Virus record (IMG/VR): IMGVR_UViG_3300033463_000088 | Coordinates: 1 to 64,000 of that record | Source: a virus | Lineage: Duplodnaviria > Caudoviricetes | Length of the DNA stretch: 64,000 nt | Strand: one strand, 5' to 3' | Part shown: positions 9,842-19,591 of the stretch, in pieces | Numbering within the stretch: position 1 is the first letter of the stretch | Layout of the letters: every line of letters begins with the position of its first letter | Program-made: the position numbers and the translations under genes | The notes under the pieces: generated by a model | What the model was told of the DNA's origin: nothing | Database searches by the model: none | Seen by the model: the letters and a program-made list of their open reading frames with translations, nothing else

Positions 9842-10317
9842 TATTTTTTAACCTCGTCTACTAAACATCTGTAGTCAGATTCCATAAATGTCCTGAGTTT
9901 TTTGGACGGAATCTCTACTATATTATACAATTTATTGTCAAGCATTTTAAGACTAATTGACTTGTTCCCGTCGTCCCTAATTTTAAGGGCTTCGGAGGCA
10001 GAACAAGCAATAACTCTATCATGTTTACTATACCAAACAATAATATATTGGGCTGTGTCCTCAAGACCGATATAATCTTTTAATCTGTCAAGTTGAGGTA
10101 TCTTAGCAAAGTTAATTGTTCCTTCTGTTGTTTCTTTACATTCAAGCATTCATAAAATATGATTATTAAATGCTAAGAAATCACAAGGGTTTTGACTTGT
10201 GTCCTTATATCCTGTGATTTGGTCAGGTAAACGATAGATAAAAGTTCCTGGGAAGCAAGCTTTCCAGTCTAACTTAAATCTTTCTTCAAACTTTTTACCT
10301 AGCTTTGTATTACTCAT
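9841..10317 (-). CDS. recU: RecU-like Holliday junction resolvase with in-frame TGA (Trp)
   Basis: ATG at 10315-10317 overlaps the upstream stop (TAATG); MSNTKLGKKFEERF...IYRLPDQ...NPCDF..FNNHIL[TGA 10150-10152]MLECK; 158 aa. Confidence 0.8.
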
Positions 10318-11453
10318 TAGTCTTTCTTCTCTGGAATTAAGTTGCTAACTGCTCCTCTAATGATAACGATTGAACGATGATTACCGCAGTTGACTGTAAT
10401 ATGATCAATTTTACAGGAGTCTAATACTGATTTAATATCAGCTAAGTTAACTTCAAAGTTATAAGTTGTATCAATTAAGCTACCATTTTCAACAGTGACA
10501 GTCTCGACATTACCAAACTTATCAGAAATGGTGAATTCGTCAGCATTAACAGATACTTTAACAGGAACAAGACCTAAGTTTGGCTTTTCACCGCCCTTAT
10601 TATATCTTGTATAGGTTAATAATCTTGTAATAGCAGCAGATAAAGCTGTTGTTGAGAGAACGACTTTATAGCTATAATTTTCATTGACATATCTCTTTGT
10701 AGCCATACAAGGACCTTGGACTTTACTAATTAATAAGTCATCATTAGTAATAATCGCTGCTAAATAGACTGTTGGAGTTTGTAAACAAATCTTTGTTCTA
10801 ACAGTTCCATTTGGAAGTGGGTCTTGACCTAAGCTAAAATAGACATCATCACTGAATAACTTGAATAATTTAACAATTCGTTCATTTAATAGGAGTTTTA
10901 CAGGCTTTTCGAGCGTAAATGCGTTCAAACAAGCGCCTGTTGTGAAGGTAAAACAACCAGTTTCATCGATGTAATAGAGTTTTTGAAGCTCATTAACATT
11001 TTCCATGTTTCTAGTTTTTTGAATTTCTTTACTATTAACGTTGATAATACTAGCAAGAATATCATTACTAATATTCATTTCAACTGTTTTATTCTTAATA
11101 GCGATGACTGGGAGCTCCATTAAATTGCTATTTTCATAAATCATAGCAACTTTATAGCTGCTCTTACCTGTTGAAATGACAACATTATTACCATCAACCT
11201 TTAATTCAAAGGTTTCTGTTGTTAAACCAGAGATAAGTGATAAGAATAAAGCGCCATCGACGACAGCCCTGAACTCTTCGTCAGTATCAACTGGGAATTT
11301 AATAGAAACATAATACTCTTTGTTGGTAACATTTAAGTATAATGCTGTTGGTTTAACCGAAATTTCAACATTTGCAGCGTTCTTATCATTTGGGTCAGAC
11401 GCTAATAAAATCTTATTTACGGCTTCTTGGAAATCTTTTGTTTTTAAAATCAT
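10317..11453 (-). CDS. dnaN: DNA sliding clamp, beta subunit (DnaN)-like
   Basis: 378 aa, three-domain alternating beta/alpha pattern, LYLNVTNKEYYV resembles the clamp 'L.ATD.E' strand; lies next to the polymerase. Confidence 0.65.
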   Translation of the reverse strand: MILKTKDFQEAVNKILLASDPNDKNAANVEISVKPTALYLNVTNKEYYVSIKFPVDTDEEFRAVVDGALFLSLISGLTTETFELKVDGNNVVISTGKSSYKVAMIYENSNLMELPVIAIKNKTVEMNISNDILASIINVNSKEIQKTRNMENVNELQKLYYIDETGCFTFTTGACLNAFTLEKPVKLLLNERIVKLFKLFSDDVYFSLGQDPLPNGTVRTKICLQTPTVYLAAIITNDDLLISKVQGPCMATKRYVNENYSYKVVLSTTALSAAITRLLTYTRYNKGGEKPNLGLVPVKVSVNADEFTISDKFGNVETVTVENGSLIDTTYNFEVNLADIKSVLDSCKIDHITVNCGNHRSIVIIRGAVSNLIPEKKD

Positions 11454-11463
11454 ATCTTTCTCC

Positions 11464-14400
11464 TTAGAATGTTAAATCAGCTTCTTGCGTGATTACATTA
11501 TATAATACAGTTTTATCGTGTTCTGGGTGGTTATCATAAATGATGCCCAAAGCAGTTTCTCTGTCAACAGGGTGAATTCCTTTCTCAGGATTTCCCTTTT
11601 CAAGTTTCTTAAACTCTTCTCTGATGGCAACTGCTGCTTCATCTTCATACCAGTGAGATACGTTATAAGGGTCACATTTCATAGGAACGTTAATGTAAGG
11701 TTTAGCAGTGTCAATCATAACTTGAGGAAGTCTCTTTTCAACAATGTCGGCGTATAAGGCTGGACATTCAACTAAAACTTCATCATGAACGGTGATAACT
11801 AAGTGAGCATCAAGTTCATTTAAGAGAGGATCTCTATCAATATTAATCATTGCTAACTTTGTTAATGACGCAGCTCCGCCTTGAATACGAGCATTGAAGC
11901 ATTGTCTTTCAGCTTGGGCGCGTTTACCTGTATTAGCAATAAGTAAGATACCGTCAGCGAGAGCTTCTTTAGCAAGTTTTTCGTATTGAACATTACTTAC
12001 TTCATCATTTTCTTCCCAAACTCTGCCATCTTCAGCAGCTCTAGATCTTTGTTTTTCTTGAGAAGCTCTAATTTCACGCTTAATTCTTTCTTCCCACTTC
12101 TTAATTCTTGGGTCATCATTACTTTCTTTGTTAACACAATTTAAGAATGGATTAAAGTTAGCTTCAATATTATCATCTTTTAGCTTAACTGTATAAGATG
12201 GTAAGTTAATTTCTGGTAAGTGTCTTCTACGGCCAGCCCAGTCTTCAACATAACCAACCTTTTTAAGCTGAGCCTTAGATGCTTCAATTTCTTCTTTAAC
12301 TCTAGTAAATTTACCAAAGAAGTTATCTAATAGTTGTTGACCTTGTTTTCTAGCATCATCACCATTATAACCTAATCTAATACCAGCGGTTTTACCTGAC
12401 ATACCATAAGTAGCAGCTAATAACATAGTTTTAGCAGAGGCTCTTCTTTCTTTGCCTGCTTTATGTAAGTGTGTTTTCTTACCGCAAACAATTTTCTTAC
12501 CGTCTAGCTCAATTTCAGTTCCTTCTGGGTAGAACTCTAAGTTTTCCCAGTATTCATTATGATACATAGATTGAGCAATAACTGCGTATAAGTCTTGTCC
12601 TTGTTCATAAGCTTGAATCATTTTTTGGTCTTGACTAATAAAAGCAGTTAATCTTGGTTCTTGAGCTGAGTAGTCCGAACCGACTAATTTATATCTTGTT
12701 CTACTATTAACTTCACAATCCGCATCTGTGTAAATTACGGCAGACTTATCAGCTTGATTATAACTAATATGTGAGATATTAATAATTTCACCTGAAGTTG
12801 AGAACAATTTATCTGTTTCAGTCAACTCTTTAACAAAGACATAGCCATTTGGTGTTTCTAGTTCGACGATTTCTTTAACAGTTTCGCCGACGCCTTCTAA
12901 GAAGTTAACAACACCCTTATCTTCCTTTGCTCGGAATAACATACGGATTTCTTTGTTATGAGATGGAATATTTTGAATGTTGATACCTGAGATTTCAACT
13001 GGCTTATCACCATCTAAGAATTTCCATTTACCGCCAGAACTATAACGTCCTGTGTCAGTTCCCATTGAATTAAGTTTAAATCTAATACGATGGTCTGGCC
13101 AATGCTTTGCTAATTCAGGAATAACATCGATATATGTAGAAATTAATTTAACGATACCTCTTCTTTGGACGATTAATTTACAAATAGAATAATCAGTTTG
13201 TTCTGCTAATGCAACTAATTCGTCTTCACCAGTAGCTCTTGGTTTAGCTTTATTAACTACTGGACATTTTAAGACATCATAGAAAAGAATAGCTAATTGA
13301 GTTGGAGAAGCCATATTAATAACATCTGGAAGTTGCGCTGTCTTAGGTTTTGTTTCCTTATAACGTCTGCCTTCTTCGTCGACAAGGTTATAAGTATCTT
13401 CTTGTTTTTCCAAAGACATCTTAGACTTCTTAGGACAATACATTCTTGTCTTTTCATTAGCTTCTGGAGTTAATCTCCAAGCTTCAATTCTATCTTTAAG
13501 AGTATCTAACTCTTGATTAATTTTTTCGTCTAATTCTTGTAATTGTTTATTATATTTTTCTTTTAATCTTTCGCCGAACTCAAGGTCAACGGCGACACCT
13601 CTAAGCTCCATCTTAGCTGTAACTTCAACAATTGGGTTCTCAATGTTTTGGAAAAGTTTTAAAACTTTCTCATTACCTGCTTGTTGGAAGTAAGGAAGTT
13701 CCCAAAGATAAACCTTATCGGTCATCATTGAGTCAGTTGCAGCGTATAAAGCAAAGATTTCTGGGTCTACATAAATATAAGGAATATTTTCGAAGAGGCT
13801 TTCGATGTCATACTTAGCTTGTGTTGGATCAATTTCTGTTGTATAAATCCACTTTAAGCTTGTAGACTTTTCACTATATTTATTTTCATCAATTAATCTT
13901 GCGCCAATAATTGTGTCCCAGTCAGGTGGGATAGCAATTCCGCAAGTTTCAAGAAGAACTTCAAAGTCAAACTTGCCGTTGTGCATTATAATAAAAATAT
14001 CACTATCTAAAATCCTTTGAAGTTGTTCTTTACAGTCTTCCTCAGTCATTTGCCAAGGTAATCTGATGCCTGTATCAACATCAACATGATTTACTGGAAT
14101 ATAGGCTTGCTTTTCACCTGGAACATATAAACAAAGACCAACAATCTTACAAGTTGCTGGGTCAGTGGAGTTATTAGTTTCAGTATCGATGTCTATTCGT
14201 CCAGCTTTAATTGCTTTATCAATATAAGCAGAAAAGTCCTCTTTTGTTTTAATAACGACAGTGTTTTCCTTCTGTCTTCCTAAAATCTTGAGGACTTTTT
14301 CTGTAATAATAGCAAGACGTTCTTTAATGGAAAGCTCTTTGGAGGCCAAAAGTTTTTCAGTATTGACTTCAGCAGTTTTAACTGATTCAACTTTCTTTAC

Positions 14401-14466
14401 TAACTTTTTAACTGCTGACTTAGCGGTTAAATCGATATTAAATTCTTCTCCAAAAAGTCCTTCCAT
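11464..14466 (-). CDS. polA: DNA polymerase family A with 3'-5' exonuclease
   Basis: Exo motifs DIDTET, HNGKFD, YAATD; polymerase motifs TGRYSS, NIQNIP, DYSAQEPR, R..AKTMLLAATYG, NARIQGGAA, VHDEV. Confidence 0.95.
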   Translation of the reverse strand: MEGLFGEEFNIDLTAKSAVKKLVKKVESVKTAEVNTEKLLASKELSIKERLAIITEKVLKILGRQKENTVVIKTKEDFSAYIDKAIKAGRIDIDTETNNSTDPATCKIVGLCLYVPGEKQAYIPVNHVDVDTGIRLPWQMTEEDCKEQLQRILDSDIFIIMHNGKFDFEVLLETCGIAIPPDWDTIIGARLIDENKYSEKSTSLKWIYTTEIDPTQAKYDIESLFENIPYIYVDPEIFALYAATDSMMTDKVYLWELPYFQQAGNEKVLKLFQNIENPIVEVTAKMELRGVAVDLEFGERLKEKYNKQLQELDEKINQELDTLKDRIEAWRLTPEANEKTRMYCPKKSKMSLEKQEDTYNLVDEEGRRYKETKPKTAQLPDVINMASPTQLAILFYDVLKCPVVNKAKPRATGEDELVALAEQTDYSICKLIVQRRGIVKLISTYIDVIPELAKHWPDHRIRFKLNSMGTDTGRYSSGGKWKFLDGDKPVEISGINIQNIPSHNKEIRMLFRAKEDKGVVNFLEGVGETVKEIVELETPNGYVFVKELTETDKLFSTSGEIINISHISYNQADKSAVIYTDADCEVNSRTRYKLVGSDYSAQEPRLTAFISQDQKMIQAYEQGQDLYAVIAQSMYHNEYWENLEFYPEGTEIELDGKKIVCGKKTHLHKAGKERRASAKTMLLAATYGMSGKTAGIRLGYNGDDARKQGQQLLDNFFGKFTRVKEEIEASKAQLKKVGYVEDWAGRRRHLPEINLPSYTVKLKDDNIEANFNPFLNCVNKESNDDPRIKKWEERIKREIRASQEKQRSRAAEDGRVWEENDEVSNVQYEKLAKEALADGILLIANTGKRAQAERQCFNARIQGGAASLTKLAMINIDRDPLLNELDAHLVITVHDEVLVECPALYADIVEKRLPQVMIDTAKPYINVPMKCDPYNVSHWYEDEAAVAIREEFKKLEKGNPEKGIHPVDRETALGIIYDNHPEHDKTVLYNVITQEADLTF

Positions 14467-14497
14467 TGACGTCTCCTTTACTTTATATATTGATTAA

Positions 14498-15433
14498 TTA
14501 AAATGAAAATCCGGCAAAGTTTCTAGCTGGTTTTTCTTCAGCTGGTTTTTCTTCAGTGGTTGTAGCAGTTGCTTTAGCAGGTTCTGCAGTACCAATAGCT
14601 GTATGAGCTTCGACATTGTTTGTACCAATAGCTGTATGACCAACTGCTGGAGCTGGTTTTGGATCTAATGCAGCGTCCATCTCTGCTTCTTCTTTAGCGC
14701 TAGCAAAGACTGGATCACCACCAACTTTGATACCATTATCTAATGTTCTCATACCATCATCAGCTTTTTCAGCTTGAGGGAAGGAACCGTTAGCTAAGTA
14801 GTATTCTAAATCTTCTGCTGGTTTTTCCCAGTAGGAATGTTTATTGATATTGAAATTATCAAAAGCGCTGAAATCTGTAGAAACTAATTCTGGCTTATCA
14901 TAAAGTGGAATGAAGTCTAAGGAATACTTAGTATCTTTACCAGAACCTTGACGTGTAACTTTGAAAACATGTTCTTTTAAGCTACCATAATCTTTTAACT
15001 TTGTTGCTAATTCTCTTGAGAAACCAGCAGGACGTTCCCAAACGACTGGTTGAGCAACACTCCAACTACCTGTTGCAGCGTCTTTATAAGCAACTAACAT
15101 TTCAACATAAACTGTTTTAGCAGCTTTACCGACGACATCATGACCTTCAGCTGCAGCGCGGCAGAATGGGCAAGTATCGGAATAGGAACCAACTTCATTT
15201 AAGCAGCTAACTGGTGTAAAGCCTGTTCCGAGGCCTTCAAACTTTTTACCAAAAGCTGGTTTATGAACTGTTGCGAATTTTAAATCTTCAATTGTAGCAG
15301 CATTAATTCTGACGAGCGCTTCATCACCATTGCCTTTTAACTTGAAGAAACCGACTTTAACGGCGTTTGTAGATGGACCACTTTGGGCTTTTTCTACGAC
15401 TTTTTGATAATCATTGTAATTAAATTGACTCAC
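14498..15433 (-). CDS. single-stranded DNA-binding protein (phage type)
   Basis: FFKLK, VWERP, FKVTRQGSGKDTKYSL; acidic/low-complexity tail ending in F; sits between primase and polymerase. Confidence 0.7.
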   Translation of the reverse strand: MSQFNYNDYQKVVEKAQSGPSTNAVKVGFFKLKGNGDEALVRINAATIEDLKFATVHKPAFGKKFEGLGTGFTPVSCLNEVGSYSDTCPFCRAAAEGHDVVGKAAKTVYVEMLVAYKDAATGSWSVAQPVVWERPAGFSRELATKLKDYGSLKEHVFKVTRQGSGKDTKYSLDFIPLYDKPELVSTDFSAFDNFNINKHSYWEKPAEDLEYYLANGSFPQAEKADDGMRTLDNGIKVGGDPVFASAKEEAEMDAALDPKPAPAVGHTAIGTNNVEAHTAIGTAEPAKATATTTEEKPAEEKPARNFAGFSF

Positions 15434-15496
15434 TGTAATCTTTCTCCTTTATCATTTAATCGAGTATCTTTATAATATATTATACGACCTACGCGG

Positions 15497-16438
15497 CTAT
15501 GAATTTCTAGCCTCTTGAATAATTTTATCAAATTCTGGCTTTGTCAAGTCGTTAATATCCTTTTTTCCGTCTGGAAACTTAGTTTCAACAATAATAATTC
15601 GCTTTGTAAGCTTTCTTTTTAATGTTTCTGTGAAACGTCTTCCAGCCTCGTCATTATCAAACATAGCGTATAAAACCCTAATACAAGATTTATTTAGCTG
15701 TTCTATTTGATAATCAGAGATTTTACCGAATGTTGCTACTGTTGGATAACCATATTCCCAGCCAGTTAAGCAATCAAATGGTCCTTCTGTAATAACTGCT
15801 GTCTTAAAATTGTTTTTCATAACATAATCTAAGCAGTATACAGGCTTTTCGACATCTTTATCGAGATAAAATGTCTTAGTATCTATTGATCGTTTGGTCA
15901 TCATCACTAGTCTACCATTAATATCATAGGCTGGGAAGATGATTTGACGATATTTTGGGTCATATTTTACCTTAAAAAGCTCGCAAATCTCTCTTGAAAG
16001 CTTCCTTTTTGCTAAATATGGACACCAAGATTGGTAGTTTTCGAGGATTTTTGGGTCCAAAAATTGCTTCTTTTGGGTCCTTTTTCCTATTTGTATTGGC
16101 TCATCCATTGCTACTGCGCTTGATACAATCTCGCCTCCAAAGGTCTTTAATAGCCAATCTTTAGCGTATTCTAAAGAGGAATCAAAGCATCCAGCAACAA
16201 ACTTTAAGAATGAGCCTTTCATATCGCAGCCGAAGCAATGAAACACGCCATCTTTCTTTCTAATAAAGCAAGAGCCATGTTCTTCTTGACCACCGCTATG
16301 AAATGGGCAGCTTACGACGATATCGGTTGACTTATCTTGAATATCTTTTAACTTACCATTAGTTAAAACAATACGAAGTCTATCTAAGACTGTACTGATA
16401 TCCGCATTAAGTATGAAATCGTTTGTAATTTTAACCAT
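15497..16438 (-). CDS. dnaG: DNA primase (CHC2 zinc finger + TOPRIM)
   Basis: CPFH...CFGC, ITEGPFD, FDNDEAG, KDIND. Confidence 0.92.
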   Translation of the reverse strand: MVKITNDFILNADISTVLDRLRIVLTNGKLKDIQDKSTDIVVSCPFHSGGQEEHGSCFIRKKDGVFHCFGCDMKGSFLKFVAGCFDSSLEYAKDWLLKTFGGEIVSSAVAMDEPIQIGKRTQKKQFLDPKILENYQSWCPYLAKRKLSREICELFKVKYDPKYRQIIFPAYDINGRLVMMTKRSIDTKTFYLDKDVEKPVYCLDYVMKNNFKTAVITEGPFDCLTGWEYGYPTVATFGKISDYQIEQLNKSCIRVLYAMFDNDEAGRRFTETLKRKLTKRIIIVETKFPDGKKDINDLTKPEFDKIIQEARNS

Positions 16439-17751
16439 TATAATCCTGAATCGTCGTCGTCCTTAAATCCATCATTATCACAAACTTCTTCTGAATAATA
16501 GTTAGGATCGATTTTTTCATCTGGATTAAGAGGAATAAATCTACCTTCGTCGAAGTTTGCTTTATAAATAATCTTACCACTGCCGCCGTCTCTTGACTTG
16601 ACAACATTTAAGATTAATTTATCATCTTTAACTTTTGTTTTGGCTTCATCTTCATAAGTTAAGTTTCTACTTAACATGATAATGCTTGTCGCATCTTGGC
16701 CAATTCTATCTGATAAACCAATTTGAGTGGTATCTTGTTCACCATTATCTGTCTTATCTCTGTTTAATTGAGAAACAGAAACAATTGGAATACCTTTCAT
16801 AACTTGAAGATTTTTAATATCTTTTGAAATATTTGCAACCTTTTCTGGAACCGTCTTGCCGCCGCGTTCATCTTCCAATAAAGAATATTGGTCGATAAGC
16901 AACATATCAAGATGATATTTCTCAATAAAGGTTCTTAGAGCTGAAACAGTCGCTGGACCATTAATATCTTTTGGTGTTAAGATTTTAATATCGCCTGGGA
17001 CGTAAGAATTAATATTATCTAAGTAATTCTTATAAGGAATTTGCATTGATGTATCAGTTCCTCTTGTAATAACTCTATTACTGATGTGTCCGATTAAGCT
17101 ATCTAAACGATACGCAACCTTATCAAAGATCATTTCACCTGAATAAAGACCAACATTATAACCTAATTGAGCGCCACTTGCTGCAACTTTCAATAAGGTC
17201 CAAGATTTACCTATACCTGTTCTAGCAGCAATAACCATATTTTCATTTTCGGTATCAATGCCGCCAATTAATGCATCAAGTTCTGGAAAACCTGTTGGAA
17301 TATAATATTTGTTGTGATTAACAACTCTGTCTAAATACTTATCATAACGGCTTGTATCTTCTTTAATACTTACACATGTCATAGCAGTATTAGGACGAGT
17401 AGTTGATACTCTTTCTTCGAGCATCTTGAATGCTTCTTTAGACTTACCACTTTCAACAAGCTTTTTAACTTCATTGAAGGTTGTTGCTAAGAAACTTTCT
17501 TCATAATCATTGAATAATTGTTCTAAGAGATATGAGTCTGGCTCATTAATGTCCATGATGTCAAAATCTGGGAAGACGTCAGCAAAAGTTAATCTATCTG
17601 GGACAGTTCCATATTTCTTATAGTGATTAACTATATAATTAAATTCATTTGGATATGTGAAGAAGAATTTATCTGACAAGTTATTAAGCTCGACGATTGA
17701 GAAATCCTTCGTTTGTAATAATTTATTAATTAGTTGAAATTGTGCTGTCAT
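16438..17751 (-). CDS. dnaB: replicative DNA helicase, DnaB/SF4 family
   Basis: AARTGIGKS, LIDQYSL, VSQLNR, SDRIGQDA, KSRDG; start reassigned to MTAQFQL at 17751. Confidence 0.9.
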   Translation of the reverse strand: MTAQFQLINKLLQTKDFSIVELNNLSDKFFFTYPNEFNYIVNHYKKYGTVPDRLTFADVFPDFDIMDINEPDSYLLEQLFNDYEESFLATTFNEVKKLVESGKSKEAFKMLEERVSTTRPNTAMTCVSIKEDTSRYDKYLDRVVNHNKYYIPTGFPELDALIGGIDTENENMVIAARTGIGKSWTLLKVAASGAQLGYNVGLYSGEMIFDKVAYRLDSLIGHISNRVITRGTDTSMQIPYKNYLDNINSYVPGDIKILTPKDINGPATVSALRTFIEKYHLDMLLIDQYSLLEDERGGKTVPEKVANISKDIKNLQVMKGIPIVSVSQLNRDKTDNGEQDTTQIGLSDRIGQDATSIIMLSRNLTYEDEAKTKVKDDKLILNVVKSRDGGSGKIIYKANFDEGRFIPLNPDEKIDPNYYSEEVCDNDGFKDDDDSGL

Positions 17752-17752
17752 A

Positions 17753-18451
17753 TTAGTCTCTTCCCTCACTGGTTGCAATTAAATTTAAGTGTCTCTTATC
17801 GATACCATGTAATTCGATATCGACTGAACGGTTAACAATTCTACTTGCTAGTCGTTCACCCATTGTTTTTTCTAAATCTCTTGCTCCGAGATTTGATGTA
17901 AAGACATTGGTTTTACCTTTTTCTATTCTCATGTTGATTAAGTTTAATAACTGATTAAGTTCAAACTCTGTACCAACTTTTGTAGCAATGTCATCCCAAA
18001 CAACAATATCTGCTGTTAAGACACGAGCTTTGATAAACTCGACGTATTCACTTCTACCTGAGATACTATTTTTTAATTCAATTAAGAACCTTGGAACGCT
18101 GATAAATAAACCTTGACAACCAAAGTTTGACTCATACCAAATAGCATTAAAATAAGCTTGAATCATTCTGATCGCCCAGGAAGTTTTACCATTGCCGCAA
18201 GTATATGAGTGAATATATAAGTTTTGTCCTGTTTGAACAAAGTTCTTAATGTTCTTCTCAATATTTGCTAGCTGTAAAAACTCATTGTAGTCAGTTCCGT
18301 CTGCATCAGTATTTAATGTTCGTCTGACACGTTGGAGTTCTTCCAAGTTTGAGTTATCATAGAGACAGTCTAATCTGTATCTTCTCATACAGAAATCTTT
18401 ATCACAGTCTCTACCATTACATTTATGTTTATATGGACAATTCTCGACCAT
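17753..18451 (-). CDS. DnaC/IstB-like helicase loader ATPase
   Basis: CGNGKTSW, VVWDDIA, VFTSN, RLASRI. Confidence 0.85.
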   Translation of the reverse strand: MVENCPYKHKCNGRDCDKDFCMRRYRLDCLYDNSNLEELQRVRRTLNTDADGTDYNEFLQLANIEKNIKNFVQTGQNLYIHSYTCGNGKTSWAIRMIQAYFNAIWYESNFGCQGLFISVPRFLIELKNSISGRSEYVEFIKARVLTADIVVWDDIATKVGTEFELNQLLNLINMRIEKGKTNVFTSNLGARDLEKTMGERLASRIVNRSVDIELHGIDKRHLNLIATSEGRD

Positions 18452-18470
18452 TAACTGCCTCCTTCTTTAA

Positions 18471-19022
18471 TTATTTGGTTCCTGTAGAACCTGCCCAACC
18501 TTCTCCTCTGGTTGTTTTTTCTTTATAAAATTCTAATGGTGTTTTATCTACAATTTCAAGTGGCTCTGTTGAGATTAAATGAGGAATAAATTGAATAACT
18601 TTTTGTCCGCATTCTATCTCTTGCCAGTCATCAGAAGTATTAATTAAATGGAAATGCCATTCACCTTGATAGGAGCAATCAATAACTGATGCGCCGAAAA
18701 TTAATTTCTTCTTTGTAGCAATACCAGATTTATTATTTGCAATCAAAGCTAACTCAGGACCAAACTTACTTCTAATACCACTTGGGATAATAACATCTCT
18801 GTGAGGTCTAATGTGAATTTTTCCTGTATCAACTTCATAAACAACTGGGTTTGCGCAACCTTTGATTACTGCATCAGAAGTTGTAAACCAAGTAGCTGGG
18901 TTTTTATCTTTCATGTCTCTTTGAAATTCTTCAGTATTTTCTGGAATAAATAAATCAATTCCAGCATTTTCTTCGACAACCCTTATAGGGTCTTTAACAT
19001 TTCTTGTTTTAATAAATTGCAT
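18471..19022 (-). CDS. dut: trimeric dUTPase
   Basis: AGIDL, KSGIA, VIDCSYQGE, QFIP, RGEGWAGSTG. Confidence 0.92.
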   Translation of the reverse strand: MQFIKTRNVKDPIRVVEENAGIDLFIPENTEEFQRDMKDKNPATWFTTSDAVIKGCANPVVYEVDTGKIHIRPHRDVIIPSGIRSKFGPELALIANNKSGIATKKKLIFGASVIDCSYQGEWHFHLINTSDDWQEIECGQKVIQFIPHLISTEPLEIVDKTPLEFYKEKTTRGEGWAGSTGTK

Positions 19023-19068
19023 TATCTACACCTCATAATATTATACAATAGCGATGCGCGTAAAATGA

Positions 19069-19109
19069 GTATAAAAATAAAATATCGTCCAATTTTTTCG
19101 GACGATATT
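19069..19109 (-). terminator. intrinsic terminator (part of an alternative-structure element)
   Basis: 10-bp stem aatatcgtcc/ggacgatatt (19081-19090 / 19100-19109) followed by a U-rich tract on the minus strand. Confidence 0.7.
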
Positions 19110-19229
19110 CAACTTAAATATAGAAAATGTAAGGGTATTTTTTAGGTATCATTTACAGTATCTTTTAAGTTAAATATCGTTGATATTTTATCTTATAGAA
19201 CGCTCAACGCGCTCACTTAATTTAGCCAA

Positions 19230-19589
19230 TTATTCTTGCGGTAAATTAGCAAAATCTTGACATAATTGTTGATATTTTGGGCTTGCCCTTGTCTCATCAA
19301 TTTTGTCTTTATAAACAGTAGGCATGTTTAGAACCCAGTCTTTACAATCTGCTAAGGAGGCAAATCTTAAGAGAGCTCCTTTGATAGGACAAGCAATCAT
19401 TGGAATTGCTGTACCAGATTTGATATCAACAATTTTCCAACGAAGTTCTGGATATAAAGCTCTACCTTGCTCTTTATAAGCAAAGAGTTCATAACCAATT
19501 GCTGTTCCTGAAACTTTGACTGCTGCGTAGTGATGATCTTTTGCTTCTTCATCTCAAACACGAGTATAAATTCTAAATTCTTTTGCCAT
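19230..19589 (-). CDS. hypothetical protein with in-frame TGA
   Basis: Absent from the ORF track; MAKEFRIYTRV[TGA 19554-19556]DEEAKDHH...FANLPQE-TAA, 119 aa, fills the gap after folD exactly. Confidence 0.7.
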
Positions 19590-19591
19590 AC

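Noticed and set aside
9921-9941. Canonical sigma70 promoter TTGACA...TATAAT inside recU
   Set aside because: The spacer is only 8 nt; treated simply as a copy of the ATTGTATAATA motif.
12694-12928. Functional intein in the polymerase
   Set aside because: No N-terminal Cys/Ser nucleophile and no His-Asn plus C/S/T junction; kept only as a possible remnant.
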